Shown: positions 1 to 14,699 of the stretch, piece by piece
Position numbering within the stretch: position 1 is the stretch's first letter
Layout: every line of letters begins with the position of its first letter
Source of the DNA: Eledone cirrhosa
Taxonomy: Eukaryota
Assembly (NCBI GenBank): GCA_964016885.1
Contig: OZ024741.1
Coordinates: 376,402,001 to 376,466,000 of the forward strand
DNA length: 64,000 nt
Direction: 5' to 3'
Position numbers and translations under genes: made by a program
The notes under the pieces: model-generated
What the model saw: the letters and a program-made list of their open reading frames with translations, nothing else
Database searches by the model: none
Told to the model about the DNA's origin: nothing

Positions 1-2310
1 GGATGTAAAATCACGTGTTAGGCGGAGTCTTTCTCAGATGAAGGATCAGTGGTGGAGTGAGAAGGCTGGTGAGATACAAACTGCGTCAGATTCCAATAAC
101 ACAAAGCTGTTGTACAGTCTCTTGCGTGACGTTTATGGACCGTCTTCTTTGGTGACACCGCTTCGCAGCAAGGATGGCAAAGAACTTTTTCGTGACTCAC
201 AAAGAATTCTACGAAGGTGGCGAGAGCACTTTGATGATCTTTTGAATCAGCCGTCTGTCGTCAGTGAAGATTTCCTCAATCTCATTCCAGAAAGTCCTGT
301 GAAAGTTGCTCTCGCAGAACCTCCGACGCTTGTGGAGGTTGCAGTGGCTATTTCGAAGCTGAACAGTGGAAGATCTCCAGGTATGGATGGCATACATGCT
401 GAGCTCCTACAATATGGTGGTGAGAGACTCCTGCAACATCTTCACTCTTTGTTTGGCAGGATATGGGCTAATGAATCAGTACCTGAGGACTGGAGAGATG
501 CAGTAATGGTGGTCTTGTACAAGGGAAAGGGTAACAGGAATGATTGTGGGAACTACAGAGGTATATCATTGCTTTCTGTCGTGGGAAAGGTTTATGTAGG
601 GTGCTTCTGGACCGTCTGCTGACACACATTGCAGATTGTGTTCTTCCTGAAAGTCAATCTGGTTTTCGTACTGGACGCGGCACTACTGATATGATCTTCT
701 CAGCTAGACAGCTCCAGGAGAAGTGCATGGAACAAGGCTTGGATCTGTATCAGGTTTTTGTCGATCTGACAAAAGCTTTCGATACTGTTAACAGAGATGC
801 ATTATGGAAGGTTCTCCAGAAACTTGGTTGGCCTGATAAGTTCCTTGCTTTAGTTAGGTCTTTCCATGACGACATGAAGGATTGGGTTAATGTCGGAGGT
901 AACATGTCGGAGCCTGTCTCAGTAAAAAATGGAGTGAAACAGGGGGATATTCCGGCACCGACCCTGTTTGCCATATACTTTGCAATGGTTTTCTGTATTG
1001 CATTCAGGAATTGCGAGCATGGTGTTTACATCCAATATCGAACCTCAGGCAACATAATTAACATCAGGCGCTTTGCTGCGAAGACAAAAGTATTTACATC
1101 AATCATAAGAGACCTCTTGTATGCAGATGATTGCGATTTTGTATCGCACACAGAGAGTGATATGCAGCACATTTTGAATGCATTTTCTGACGCTTGCACT
1201 GCCCTAGGATTGACTGTCAGTCTCAAGAAAACTGTCGTCATGTACCAACCTGCCCCTGGTAAGCAGTACACTGAACCACACATCTATGTGTATGGCAAAC
1301 GACTTTAGTGGTTGATCAGTTTGTCTACCTGGGAAGCACTGTCAATCGATACGGCAACCTTGACAGTGAAATCTCACTTAGGATTAGGAAAGCAAGTGAT
1401 GCTTTCGAAAAGCTAGAAAGGCGACTCTGGGGTCGGCGAGACATATGCAGGAGGACAAAGGTAAAGGTGTACAGGGCATGTGTGCTCTCTTGTCTTCTTT
1501 ATGCCTGCGAGACCTGGGTCACATATCGACACCACCTTAAGCAATTGGAGCGTTTCCATCAGATGTGTCTCAGACGGATCCATGGCGTTCACTGGAGGGA
1601 CCACATCAGTGATGTCGAGATTTTGGAAAGCTCTATGTGTGACAGTATAGAAGCTCTTGTGCTTAAGCAACGACTCCGTTGGAGTTGTCACCTTGCCAGG
1701 ATGAAGGATTCTAGAATACCAAAACAACTCTTTTATGGAGAGTTGGTTAAAGGAAAACGACCGCCACATAAACCAAAAAAAGAGGTATAAGGATTCCTTG
1801 AAAGCCTCTCTGAAAGACGCTAACATCTCTGCTGATACATGGCAAAATGTTGCTGCTGATCGTAATAAATGGAGAAAGACTGTATATGAGGGAAAAGTTG
1901 CCTTTGAGGCATCTCGAATCGCATCCGAGAAAATAAAGCGGGATGTGAGGAAGGGCATTGCTGTTGCACTTCCAAACGGTGAGGGTCCTCCTATGGTGCT
2001 GACATGCAGCGTCTGTGCGAGACTCTGCATAAGCAAAGCTGGACTCGAAAGTCATCTTCGCAGTCATAAAGTAAGACCAGTGGTTGACTACCAGGCTGCG
2101 GTTGGAGATGCTACTCATCATGCTTGCCAAACATGTGGTAGAGAATGTAAATCAGCAGGAGGGCTCAAGTGACATGCAGAAGTACACGAACTCCAACCAC
2201 AGCCGACTATTCCCAGTGAATGTTTTGGTTGCCGACTCTGTGCAAGACATTTTAGATCATTGGCTGGGCTAAAAAGCCACATTCGATCGCAGCGCTGTTA
2301 GTTGCTATCG

Positions 2311-3082
<772 letters not shown>

Positions 3083-4039
3083 GTTGCCAGAGTAAATGAA
3101 AGACTCTGAATGAGATAAATATTCATAGAAAGAGAATGAATTACGGAGAATGGTTTCTAATAATTACGTATGCCGCTATAAATCTACGAACAGCGACCGG
3201 AAAGCTATAAATGAGTTGATTCAACTTACAAGTTCGCAATGGTGTTATACGCTCAAAACACAATGGAAGTTGAAACGATGCTATTCACTCGTAATCAAAA
3301 CATTGACTTTGCTCATTTACATACGTAAGTCATTGCTTCTTTCAATAGAGTTCTGCTGTAACGTTATTCATTGCCGTGATTCATGACAAAAGTGTTGTAA
3401 AAGAGGTTAAAATAGCAATTAACGGTTAATACATTCACTGTATTATGCGGACAAAACTCGCTAGTCAGTCTATACTTTGGTTACTATTGTGACATTCGTA
3501 CGTTAAATTTAATGAGTTCTAACCTAACAAAATGATCCATGCATTGATAACATTTTATCAATAGGATTTATCTTGGAATTTTTGGTGTTGGTCATAGACC
3601 CCCGTTGAGCATAGGATATCACTCATTGCATTGCATATGTATTATCATTTCTACTATCCATTTACCTTTTCATTTGGTTTAATTCTGTTATTCTCTATGT
3701 TTAACTCAGAGGAGGAAACCCAGCGCCTATGACACTTTTCCGCTCCTTCAAAGTTGAGGAGAAGAAAGGAAGAAGTAATTCACAAAACGTAGAGATAGAG
3801 AGAACGTCTATAGATGAGTGGACGACTCCGCTAATTGTAGTTGCTGATATTAAACTGGGTGACGAATTAAATTAATTACACATGAAGAGGATTTCTGCAA
3901 AATTTTCGTTTAATAAATGCCGGGTTATGTTAGCATACACATGTCAAGTGTGTGTATTCTTAGAAACCGTAAATCTGGCATCCACTCCGATTTAGAGGTA
4001 CTCTAAACATTTCTACAATCAAAAGCTATATAAACAACG

Positions 4040-4320
4040 AAGCCGCATGCCATAATGGCTAGGATGTGTTACACACAGTCATGATGTCGTCGGTTAGATT
4101 CTTGGACAAGGTGCTGTTTTGTGTTCTTGAGCAAAACGCTTTATTTCACGTTGCTTCTCTAAACACAGCAGAGACTGAGTACCAACAGTAGTTGGGGTGT
4201 TAATGCTGCGATAGTTGGGCGTCTTGTCCAGGGATAGTCTTGAACTCTCAGTCGCCTGACGCCAAGTATACCAGGGACAAGTACAAGCCTGATGAGCCTT
4301 CAACTTAGAACAGATCTTAA
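4040..4320 (+). mobile_element. tRNA-derived SINE, family 2 (diverged)
   Basis: Degenerate A/B boxes. Aligns by eye with 51201-51490 (gtgttcttgag.aaaac, gagtacca.ca, ggcgtc.tgtccag, ctcagtcgc, cctg.tgagcc). Confidence 0.7.
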
Positions 4321-4974
4321 CTCACTAAATCGATTTACCAGATTTACCAGCGAGATTATTCTGGTGAAATTCACTTTAAAACTTCCTATAAAAAATTATA
4401 TATAATTTTGTTTTGGTTCTTTTACTTTGAGATACAATTAATATCGATTCTGATGTATTGCAGGATAAGTATTTTATGTTGATACAAAATAATTCAGTGC
4501 AATAAAATTGTTTGAATATCATATCATTTATCAATAGAATTATTATTGAAATTATTCTTTTTACCGAAGATCATTACATAATTAAATTTGGGTGGGCAAA
4601 TTTGATGCAATGCTTCGAATCATCTCCTCAATTATACATAAGCATACATTTATCTTAGTCCCCAAAATGTCATTAGTGACGAGTGGATATATCACTATAT
4701 GAAGAGGTATTCTCTCTCTCCAAACCTAGAGCGCTTATAGGGGAATTGATAGTAGAATGTCCAAGAGAAAGGAAACAGCTGATATAGGCCCGGAACCTGT
4801 GACGTTAGAAGCCAATGACCGACAGACGATCATGTAAAAGTAGCTAACAGCTCCGCCAATCCATCAACCTGGACTGGTTCTATATAAAACAACATTTGCA
4901 GGATTGAAACTCTGAGCCAGCAGATCAGGAGCAAATGCCAACTGGTATTAAAACGACTCTGTCAACTCACCCAA

Positions 4975-5098
<124 letters not shown>

Positions 5099-5099
5099 A

Positions 5100-6780
5100 A
5101 AAGTAAACGGAAATGACAAAGCAAACAATGCAGTACAATGAATAAATTCAAAATCTTTCATCAGAAGATAGAATGAAATATAAAAGATGAAATAGAAAAA
5201 TAAAGAGTGAGAAAAAGTGAAAAAAATTGGATAAAAAGCACGTGCGTTTAATCAATAAGCTTTCGAAAATGAAGGTCAGTGGATATCTTTGATATTAGAG
5301 AGGCTTTGAACCCTTGTATATTTGGAGTGGATATGTTTGTGTTGTGCTTGTATGTGTTGGTTTGTTCGTTTGAATGTACAAGGCAGTGAATCGAACTTAG
5401 GCCTTAACCGAGTTACTGTTGTGAGGAAGTTATATGAGGTGAACTTCTTTCTAAACATACACACACGCACGTAGAAACAGACGCAAGGGGAGTCGCATCG
5501 CAGTTAAACATGGTAGCGAATAAGATCACAGTTTTGTTTCATATTAAGGTATGGGCGTATAAGGTACTGCTAGGCTTTTGGAAGGACGACATAGCGGCGG
5601 GACAACATCAAACGGCTGAAATATAAAGTGTGGTGTCACTCTGTGTGTGAAGCAAAATAGGGCAAGGAAGTGGTCGTGGGGAGAAGTAAATGTTGAGAAA
5701 TATTTAAAACTAGACCAGGCACTGGGTGCCACGCGAACACGAGATACAATCGCACATGCACCCTCAAGCGAGTGACATGGAGTGTTGTATGTTGGTGTTG
5801 TGTGATGCTTGAGGGCACGTATATGGGGACTCATATACTTCCCCTCATGCATCGAAATGTGTATTAGCGGGATATTGTGGGAATCGAGTAAATGGCCTTA
5901 AAATGACCGTGACTGCAGTTGAATGCGGATATGATATGACATGTAGATTGTCTTATGTAAAGCTAGATCTTGTACCTGGTGTGATCGATGAGTCCGATCG
6001 GGTGGATATGTATGTGAGTGAATAACAATTTGAGGTTTATATGTAAGCAGTGGTTTATGTGTGTTGAGTGATATATTCTGGGGTTGCAAATGTGAGTGTG
6101 TATTGTGTGGTTGCTGGAGTTATGACGGCGCGTGTATATTTGAGAGCAAGGATGAATGGATGTTATGGAACATGTGAGGACGGGGTGAGGCTATTGGGGA
6201 AAGCAGTTCCTAGGTGAACAATTAAGTCCTGCTCGGCCCTGTACAGATGTAAACACCTTACCATGGAATAGACTAATGAGTGATAAAAGGGAGTTATCTT
6301 TGGTGTGGATAACAAACAATCTTGTTTGACGTGATTAATGGCTGACAATATATAAATTCCACTATAACCAGGATTAACTCAATCACATTACTGCACTAGG
6401 GCTTGATGACCACAACCACAAGGATATGGTCCGAACGTGGAAGAGCCGAACTCCCACTGTCATCGCCTCCATCTCTCTTGCCCTCTCCATCTTTCCGTAT
6501 GGTGAGCAAATGGGATCCCACGTGCTGCCCTCTCCTTGGCCCCGGCGGACAGAATGGAGTAGGAGTTTCCCCGGAGAATTGTAAGGGAGATGCGATGGGT
6601 TAGGGAATAGTGGTGTAAAATGATACCTGAGACAAAAAGGTATTGATTGTAATGGTTAGAGGAAGGTAGTGATGGGAGGCAGGGTTGTCTTTTCCAGGTC
6701 GTATTTTCCTCAGTTGTTCCGCGACTCAATCCGCCAGACGGCGTCCTGTTTCTAAAATAAGGTGGTAGAGAGGGTGTGGT
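5100..6780 (-). pseudogene. Decayed Penelope-like element(s): GIY-YIG remnants and 3' region
   Basis: The minus strand gives ETGRRLAD*VAEQLRKI (about 6700-6752) and EQDLIVHLGTAFPNSL (ORF 6163-6348). These resemble PLE GETGRRL..RF.EH and EQ.LIF.LGT..P.GLN. Confidence 0.6.
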
Positions 6781-8087
6781 GAGTGTTGTCTATAGAGAGA
6801 GGGATGTCGAAAAATTGAAAGAAAGAATCAAAGAAGGAGGCGGAGAAGGTGAGGGATGGATGAAAAAAACTGGATGAAAGAAAGAAAGGAGTTTAGGTGT
6901 TCACCGCAGAGAGAGGTAACGCTGATAGAGTCGTCGGTATAACGACCGTATAGTCGAGCGTTCTGAGAGGACATCTTGGTGTCACATTGACAACGAACAC
7001 GCTAATGTAGTTCGAGCTCATTCTAGTTCTCATGGTTACTCAAGATGCCTACTATTAAAACTTTCCGAATAAATAGACCAATTGAGAGATCAGGAGGGGG
7101 GGGGGGGGGCGTTTTGCTTCTTATCTATGCGTCTGATAAGAAGATCGATCGACTCGATTAGGTTATTTAGCTGATCATCTGCTAACACGTCAAACGGTCC
7201 ACGATGAATAAAAATATTTTTAATTTAAACTTTGCTCAGTCTTATATAATGTAATGATTCTGTTGACTACAAAGATGTAACACATTGATACCGTGTGAAG
7301 AACACACGTTCAACTGGTATCATTCTGTTCAAGTAGAAGCAGTATTGTGTGCTTATACTTGTGTCACATACAGTAATTAATAAACGATACTAAATAACCG
7401 TTGCTATATATTTACACACACATACACACACACATACATATATATGTTATATGCATTTGAGATTCTTTAAACACAGCCTCAAAGACATTTGATTTAGTAA
7501 TTCGGCTAAAGCCACTCCTCATTGAGAACATCGATGGATGAAGAAGAATCAGTTGTAGGTTTCTCCAAACTTATGTTGGGCCATAGAATGTTGCTGTTGG
7601 TCTTCAAGAATTGTGTTAATGTATTAGTGTATGTAGTATATGGGCGTGTGTGTATCTATGTCTGTGTGTTTAATTATTCATGTGCATATTTTTCATGCGT
7701 AGCCATGTATGAAATCAATAAAGTATTTATTTACTTAGCAATTACTATGGACCTCTGCGCAATTTCCCTCCACCAAATTCCACACAGAGGGTATCGGTTA
7801 AGTGGAAGTTATTCTAGAAGTAATTATTCAGTATCTCGCAAAGTAATATGACACATGGTTTAAAGTGTTCTTAATGACGCAACAATGTCATCGCCTATAT
7901 TTTATTCTGTAAAATTCAATTGCCACACCATTTTGAAATTTGTGACATTTTATTGATAAATAAACCTTGTGGATGTGACACTCTATAGAATAAATGATTT
8001 ATCATAAAGTTCGAAAGGAAAAGAAACTAAAACAAACAAACAAATAAAAATCAGAGATCAACCGAAACATTTGGAAATACACTGAAA

Positions 8088-8155
8088 TAATTGTTTCTAC
8101 TTTTGGCACAAGGCCAGAAATTACCCAGTACATTACTGGTACGTTATTTTATCGA
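8088..8155 (-). mobile_element. SINE family 1, 3' fragment
   Basis: Reverse complement matches the 3' end of 8238-8430. Confidence 0.75.
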
Positions 8156-8237
8156 TATGTTCACATATCACATATAAATGTCTATTCAATCAAGGCGAAT
8201 GCAATATCACTACATCATTATTATTCTTTCCATATCT

Positions 8238-8430
8238 CCCATAGGGCAGTGGATTGGCAGTATCGGTAGAGGGTCGGACGCCATGCTTTGCAGCATAGAG
8301 TTACGGTCCTTTATGATCTGAGTTCAAATCCTGCCGAGGTTAACTTTGCCTTTCATCCTTACGGGGTCGATAAAATAAAGTACCAGTTATGTACTGGGTA
8401 ATTGCTGGCCTTGTGCCAAAAGTAGAAACA
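8238..8430 (+). mobile_element. tRNA-derived SINE family 1, full length, 18-bp TSD
   Basis: A box TGGCAGTATCGG, B box GAGTTCAAATCC, central GCCTTTCATCCTTACGGGGTCGATAAAATAAAGTACCAG. TSD ATTATTCTTTCCATATCT at 8220-8237 and 8431-8448. Confidence 0.92.
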
Positions 8431-8864
8431 ATTATTCTTTCCATATCTGTCAGAGGAGGAAAACCCAATCCATTGACGTTTTTCAAGTTCTTCCTAACTG
8501 ATGTAAGGAATAGATGATGTTATCTTCAGAATAGAGACCAGCACAGAATTTATGCAACAGAATGGATTATTCTAAATGTCTAAATGTACCAACATTCTAT
8601 GTATTGGTGTTAAATCGGACACGTTCTAACGTGTACCAGCCAAAAACAGAAACTGCTATACCGACGAAATTCCACTCTGTTTCCGCCACCTACATTTCAT
8701 TCATAAGGCATTTGTCAACGTAGGGTATGGTACAAGTATTTTCGCAAGATGCTGCACTATGGGATATTATTCTAATAGATGTAGTGTCAATGTAATCTTC
8801 TTAAACACCAATTTTGAGAGAGAATATATATGTTTATGTGGATATTTTACAACAGCATTATTTT

Positions 8865-8969
8865 AAATCCCGCCGAGGTTAACTTTGCCTTTCATCCTTA
8901 CGGGGTCGATAAAATAAAGTACCAGTAATGTACTGGTGAATTGCTGGCCTTGTGCCTAAAATAGAAACA
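8865..8969 (+). mobile_element. SINE family 1, 5'-truncated, 8-bp TSD
   Basis: Near-identical to the 3' half of 8238-8430. TSD ATTATTTT at 8857-8864 and 8970-8977. Confidence 0.88.
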
Positions 8970-11900
8970 ATTATTTTGTGATATGTGCAAAGAAATGTAC
9001 ACATATAGCGTTTTTTATTATCAGATTTATAACTCTCTAGTAATATACTATAACAGAATATGAGGTTGATGCAAGAAGCTGTGAGCCTCAAGCCGAAAAA
9101 TATAACGTACCAATTGCAACATTCATACGTACGGAGTCGATAACATATTACGACTGTGCCTGAATTCTAGTGTTTTATTTTAAAGTCGAAACTGTTCCTT
9201 ATATAATCCTAGGTTATTTTTCATGCTGCGCTGTATTGACATACAGCTTATTTTGTTCTTACAAAAGTTACTTGGATTTCTCGAAAGTTTCATACAAGTT
9301 CTTTTTACTTTAGAAATTTCTGACTTGTGAAGAATATAAGACATGATTGATGAAAACAATATTTTAAAAATAAATAAACAAATAAGATTTTCTCTATAAT
9401 TTCTTACTATTTCCAGCAAACAAATCCGACCGTTTCTGTGTTTTTTTAATTCTAAATCTACGTTTAGGCAATAACACATGGGAAATGATATGTAAGTTGT
9501 AATCATTTTTTTCTTTTTCTTTGAAGAGATACAGAATATTTATTGACCGATCAACAAATACTGCTGCTGCTGAAAAGAAAAGAAGAATATAACAAAAAAT
9601 TAGAAAGAAGGAGGAGTATGAGATTTAAATAGGCATTGTGTGTGAATCTAAATTCTGTCGGGTTTAAAAACTACGTATAAATTATTGCTACAATGCTATG
9701 GGAATGCTACCGCTTCTGAAAAGAGCATTGCAAACAATGATTTATGAAAATAACTACACTAGAGGCGGCGGAAAAAAGACTCTAGCATTTAGTCTAGCAT
9801 CTCAATGCTCTGATTTCAAACACCACTGGATTCGCATCTTCTTCGTCTTTCATGCCACCAGCATTTATAAAATAGTGTTTTAGCTAAGCGCAAGCCCAAT
9901 TATTTTGGTGGAGGGAAAATCGTTTAAATCGACACTACTGTATTACTGGTACTGTATTTTATCGATCCCGTAAGGCAAAGCTAGCTTCTGCGGGGTTTAA
10001 AAAGCTAACCTATCCTACTTTCATCATTACAATCGTTATCATATTGATATTTATTTCATCACTGGTTTACGTAGCTTTTAGACGATGGCAGTTTACTCTC
10101 TCACTGATTTCTAAGCAGGATCATTTTGTGATAGAAATAATTGAAATATTCACTGCCATTAAATCAATAAAACCTTTCTACATTTTATTTCATTGCATTT
10201 ATTGTTAGGGCAAATGCACCACTGCCTTACGTTTGAGAACTGTGTCTTAATTAGTTGGTAACCATCTGTCAACTGCATATTCCACTGATAATTCTTCTTC
10301 AACACGCACTTCAGAAACATATGCACCTATTAATAGTAATTCAGTTTCGAAGCAGTGCTTGATTAACTTACAAGGGTCAAATCAAAACAAAATAAGTTCG
10401 GATTATCATGGTAGTTATTTACCATAGGATAAACATTGCTGTTGTTGCTTAATTTCAAATCTAGCTTGATGGAGCAGATCTATGACAAATGTTATCCTGC
10501 TTTTCTTTGACACCAAAATCACAGAAATATGACCTTAATTAATATGATTTAGAACTGAACGGGTCCCAATACACCCGAAACAATGTGCTTCACTTCATTA
10601 TTAGATTCCATTATATAAATGCTGGCAGGGCGGTAGATTTGCAGTTTCGGTTGGACAACATGCGTTGCGGCATAGAATTCCATCCGTGGTATAGCCATCT
10701 ATTAACCCCCACCCTCGCCCAAGTGTTACATCAGACGCATGATATTCAATGTAATTTGTGTACAATTTGATTGAAATATTGCTACTACTTTTAGCAGGCC
10801 AGGCCCACAGAGGCGTCTAATAACAAACTGATGCATATTTTACTTCAGCACTGTTGAATAAATAATGACAGTTCTATACGATAATTGGTTTCAGATATAA
10901 TGCTAATTTCATCAGTCATGGAAAATGTATCGAGCTATAATAATAATTACATATGAAATATAAATAAATCGTCTACAAGTAAAATCTCTTTTTTCTCTCA
11001 TTTATATAGCTATCTTTAACCAAAACATTGCTATCTAACACCAATTATCACATCATGAATGTTTGTTCTATATCTGTTTCTAATTTACGATGAAGCAAAT
11101 AAGCATACAGAAAATTGTTTTACAAATCAAATACCGTTTCACCCTTTGATCGTTATTCAGCTATCAAAAATCGTTCAACAGCCACACTGTGAAATGCTAT
11201 TTTCGTAGCTATTAACCGTACTTAATTGAATAGCAATAGGAAAATGTTAAATGGCGAAACTGAGTGGTTAATATCAATGGCAGTGATAACAGTGATAAAA
11301 GTCGTTTCCAATTGCAGCATAAGTTCAGCCATAAGGAGAAGGGGTTGATTATTAGTTATGTACCAGTGCATAGCGAATATTCTACTTAACCGACCCTAAC
11401 GGTATGAATATTAACATTGGCATCAGTGGGATTTGAACTTGTAACCTCAAACTCCTGAATAAAAATGTTGTGGCATTTTGTCCAAATTCTGACAATCAAG
11501 CACCCTGTAAAAAACGTGATAGTAATGAAATGCAGACAATCTGTAGGTTGTCAGGAATAGTAAAACGCAAAATGAAATAGGAAGTACTATGCTGTTTTAT
11601 CAATTTGGGATTTGAGTTCAAAAGCTTTCCAGCAAGAATTTATCCGTATATAATATAGAAGGTTATTTATTTGATTAATCATAGTCTATTTAACTTAAGT
11701 CCATATCGATCGAAATGTTGAGGAATTGCCAAAGGAGGTAATATGGGTTAGAAACATACAGAACAATCAAATATCAAAATGAAGAAGAAGGGACAGATTG
11801 ATTAATTTAACACTTTACCTCCACTTGCAATGAACTCGCCATTATTTTAGATAGAACCTACAACAAACTGAATAGTCGTAAACATAACAAAATAGCCCAA

Positions 11901-12609
11901 GGTCTGACTGAATTAGGTGAGCAGTATTTATGAATATGTGGGAGCATTATTTTATCAAGTGGAAAGTAATGTAGAGTCAGTAGCTAAAGTATTAACAATA
12001 GAAAACGCAATATTTTTTTCCCACCAAGAAAATCCCGGGAGATATTTAAATCCGTAGGCCTATAGTTTAATCGCCTAAATCTACCTATCAATCTTTGATA
12101 ACTTAGATATATTTCGGCCAGTATTGGCCCACGCCAAGTCTAACTTAATAGCACCACCTGGCGAAGTATTTCAAATCAGGATTTGGATATCATGGCCTAC
12201 TCAATTAGACAGTTATTGTATCCGGGAGTAATGTGTTTTAGTATAATTTTAAAGAGAGCGTGACCTGTTGAGGTGAAATAATTGTGCCGTAAAGTTATGA
12301 GATGCAAGTTTGATTTTTGTTGTGGGCGGATAGCACGGAGCCAAAGCATTAGGTGTATTTTAAAGAAGATGCCAGCATCGTTTGTCAATGCTGATGGAAT
12401 ATTTCCCACATCATGCAGATAATATAGCGCTCACAGCGGCGTTAGAGTGAGTAAAGTTTGAGCTTTTCTAGTCGACCTCAGAAATCACGGCCAGTCATGA
12501 AGTCTATCAGTTTTATGATTGACCTTTGAGGTGCTTCAATCTTCATGATACTTTGTTTCTTGTGGAGAAACAACAGTCAACAATAATCTAGTTATATAAT
12601 CAAATATTG

Positions 12610-13005
12610 ACTGGCTACCTATATGGAAAGTAACAATGTTATACCAAAGGAAGTAAATACTTACCGGATTGGGATCTATGGCTGCAAGCAGAAATGACTG
12701 TTAAACCCTGCAATAATAAAACAGCAACACAGGGGAAACAATCTTAGCATCACATGGGTCAATGCAATGAATGCATTTGTTGGTACACTGCATTACTGGA
12801 TACTATTAAGTAAATATATAAATAAAAAGATGTACTATTCACATGGTACATCAGCTATGTAATATCAAAATACAAAATCTCAACACTACTAAAAGAAGAA
12901 CAGATAAAATATGATTAGAACCAATACTAAACACATAAGGGAAGAGATTTTTTAGTATGGTTCCTTTTCCTCTTCACTCTTCTGCGTAGCTCTCACTCTG
13001 TTATG
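12610..13005 (+). pseudogene. Ancient R4/Dong-like RT remnant
   Basis: Translates to YMESNNVIPKEVNTYRIGIYGCKQK*LL...NLSITWVNAMNAF...HYWIL and IF*YGSFSSSLFCVALT. These match HLITNDLFPIEQKGFKRGSYGCKDQLL...NLSIAWIDYKKAFD and GIFQGDSLSPLLFCIAL of the 21708 ORF. Confidence 0.65.
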
Positions 13006-13827
13006 AAATCTGCCGTATGAAACTAATAATGTTTATAAATGCTAAAATGCTACGATGAAAGAAAACATAAAACGCAAAGCCATTTTCAAGGGTCAATAGC
13101 CTGCTGGAAAACGTGCATAAAAGTTTTTCAGTAACGGAACACCGCTAATATATAAAAATCAGTTTATATCTAGATACATGAACCAAAGTTAATATAAGAA
13201 AAACAACAGAGGTAAATAAATCAAGTTAACGTACGACGAACAAGTTAAATAGAGAAGCAAAATATGAGCTGGCAACTTCTTCCGCCTGTTACTTTCAAAA
13301 ATTCCAATACATTACAATAAATAAAATTGAGGAAAAAAGGAAATATCTATAGTTATTTGCAATATGAAAATGGAGGGATTCAATAAATAGAAAAAAAAGG
13401 AAAGGAAAAATGGATATAAGTAAAAACCTATAATATCAATAAAAAGGGAGCGAGCCTTGAAGCAAAATGAAAGCTTAAACAAACATAGCAGCAGAAGAAA
13501 GCAAAGTTGCGATAAATACGATACAAGAACTTCTAGCGGGGCACTCATTAACCCCCCAACCCCCACACAAAATGAAAGAAGACAAAAATACATTAGCACT
13601 GGGAATCATACAAATACAAAAGTATATTAGGATGGAGTGAGGATCAGAATGCAAGAGAAAGGGGAAAATATGATACTGCTGCACGGTGAACCATGATGTG
13701 TCCTGTACATTAAATGGTTCTAGGAAAGTGACTGGGTTTGGCAATCTCTTCAACAAATTATATTTCTGGCTGAAGCTCCTTAAAAGAGTCCATGGCTACA
13801 CAAAAAAACTTTCAAGGAAGTTGTAAT

Positions 13828-14510
13828 TACGAGGGTAAGTAAAAAAAGACATTCGCATTTTCACCTTAACTTATCTTTAAGTTTGTCAGATTGCCTTCTG
13901 CTCATATGTCCTTATAGTTGCTAGTAGTGTGGTCACGAGATAAAAGTGTGTGCTTGGTCGCGCCAGTTTTCTTGCTGATGTGTAAACATCGCCAATCCGC
14001 TAGAAGTGTGCAGAAAGAGCAGTGATCCGATTTCTCTGGTCGTAGAGTGTGTCAGGGGCTGAAATTCATAGCAGGCTTTTAACACGATACGGTGGCAGCG
14101 CACTACCGCATAGAAATGTGTATCATTGTTTCGAGAAGTATGAAATTGATCGGACAAGCGTGACACACGAAGGAGCAGGAAACCGGTCAAACTGACACCA
14201 ATGACGAGAGGATTCAGCAAGCTCGAGAGATGGTAATGGTGAACCGGTGAGTTATCATCGATGACGTAGTGTGCAATGTGCAGATTAGGCATGTTTGACT
14301 TCCATAAAGTCTGTGTGTGATAGGTGTCAAGAGAGTTTACCACATAGCACTGGCGCGAACGTGGAGAGGCCTGCCAGCGTTTATTTGACCGCTACAACAA
14401 TGAAGTCGAAAACATTTTAAGCACAGTAGTGAAAGGACATGAAACGTGGATTCATCAGTATGAGCTAGAATCTAAAAGATAGAATATGGAGTCAAAACAT
14501 ACTGGTGCAC
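13828..14510 (+). mobile_element. Decayed mariner transposon, left end and N-terminal transposase
   Basis: Starts TA-CGAGGGT (mariner-type TIR start). Interrupted translation includes RAVIRFLWS, GAEIHSRLLTRYGGSALPHRNVY, FHKVC and KGHETWIHQYELESKR (degenerate TGDETWIH..P..K). Confidence 0.8.
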
Positions 14511-14699
14511 ACTGCTAGCGGAGCAGCCTTGTTTACAGCAAGAAAACTGGCGCGATGAAGCTCAAACCTTTATCATGTGACCACAACAGTACGAAACATA
14601 AGGACCTACGAGCAGGAGGCAGTGTGACAAATCTGAAGATATATTATGGTGAAAAAGCGGATAAATGTTCCTAGATCATAATTACCAACATATTTACTG

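Noticed and set aside
8238-8335. tRNA gene
   Set aside because: A and B boxes only, with no cloverleaf; the TSD and multiple copies identify it as a SINE.
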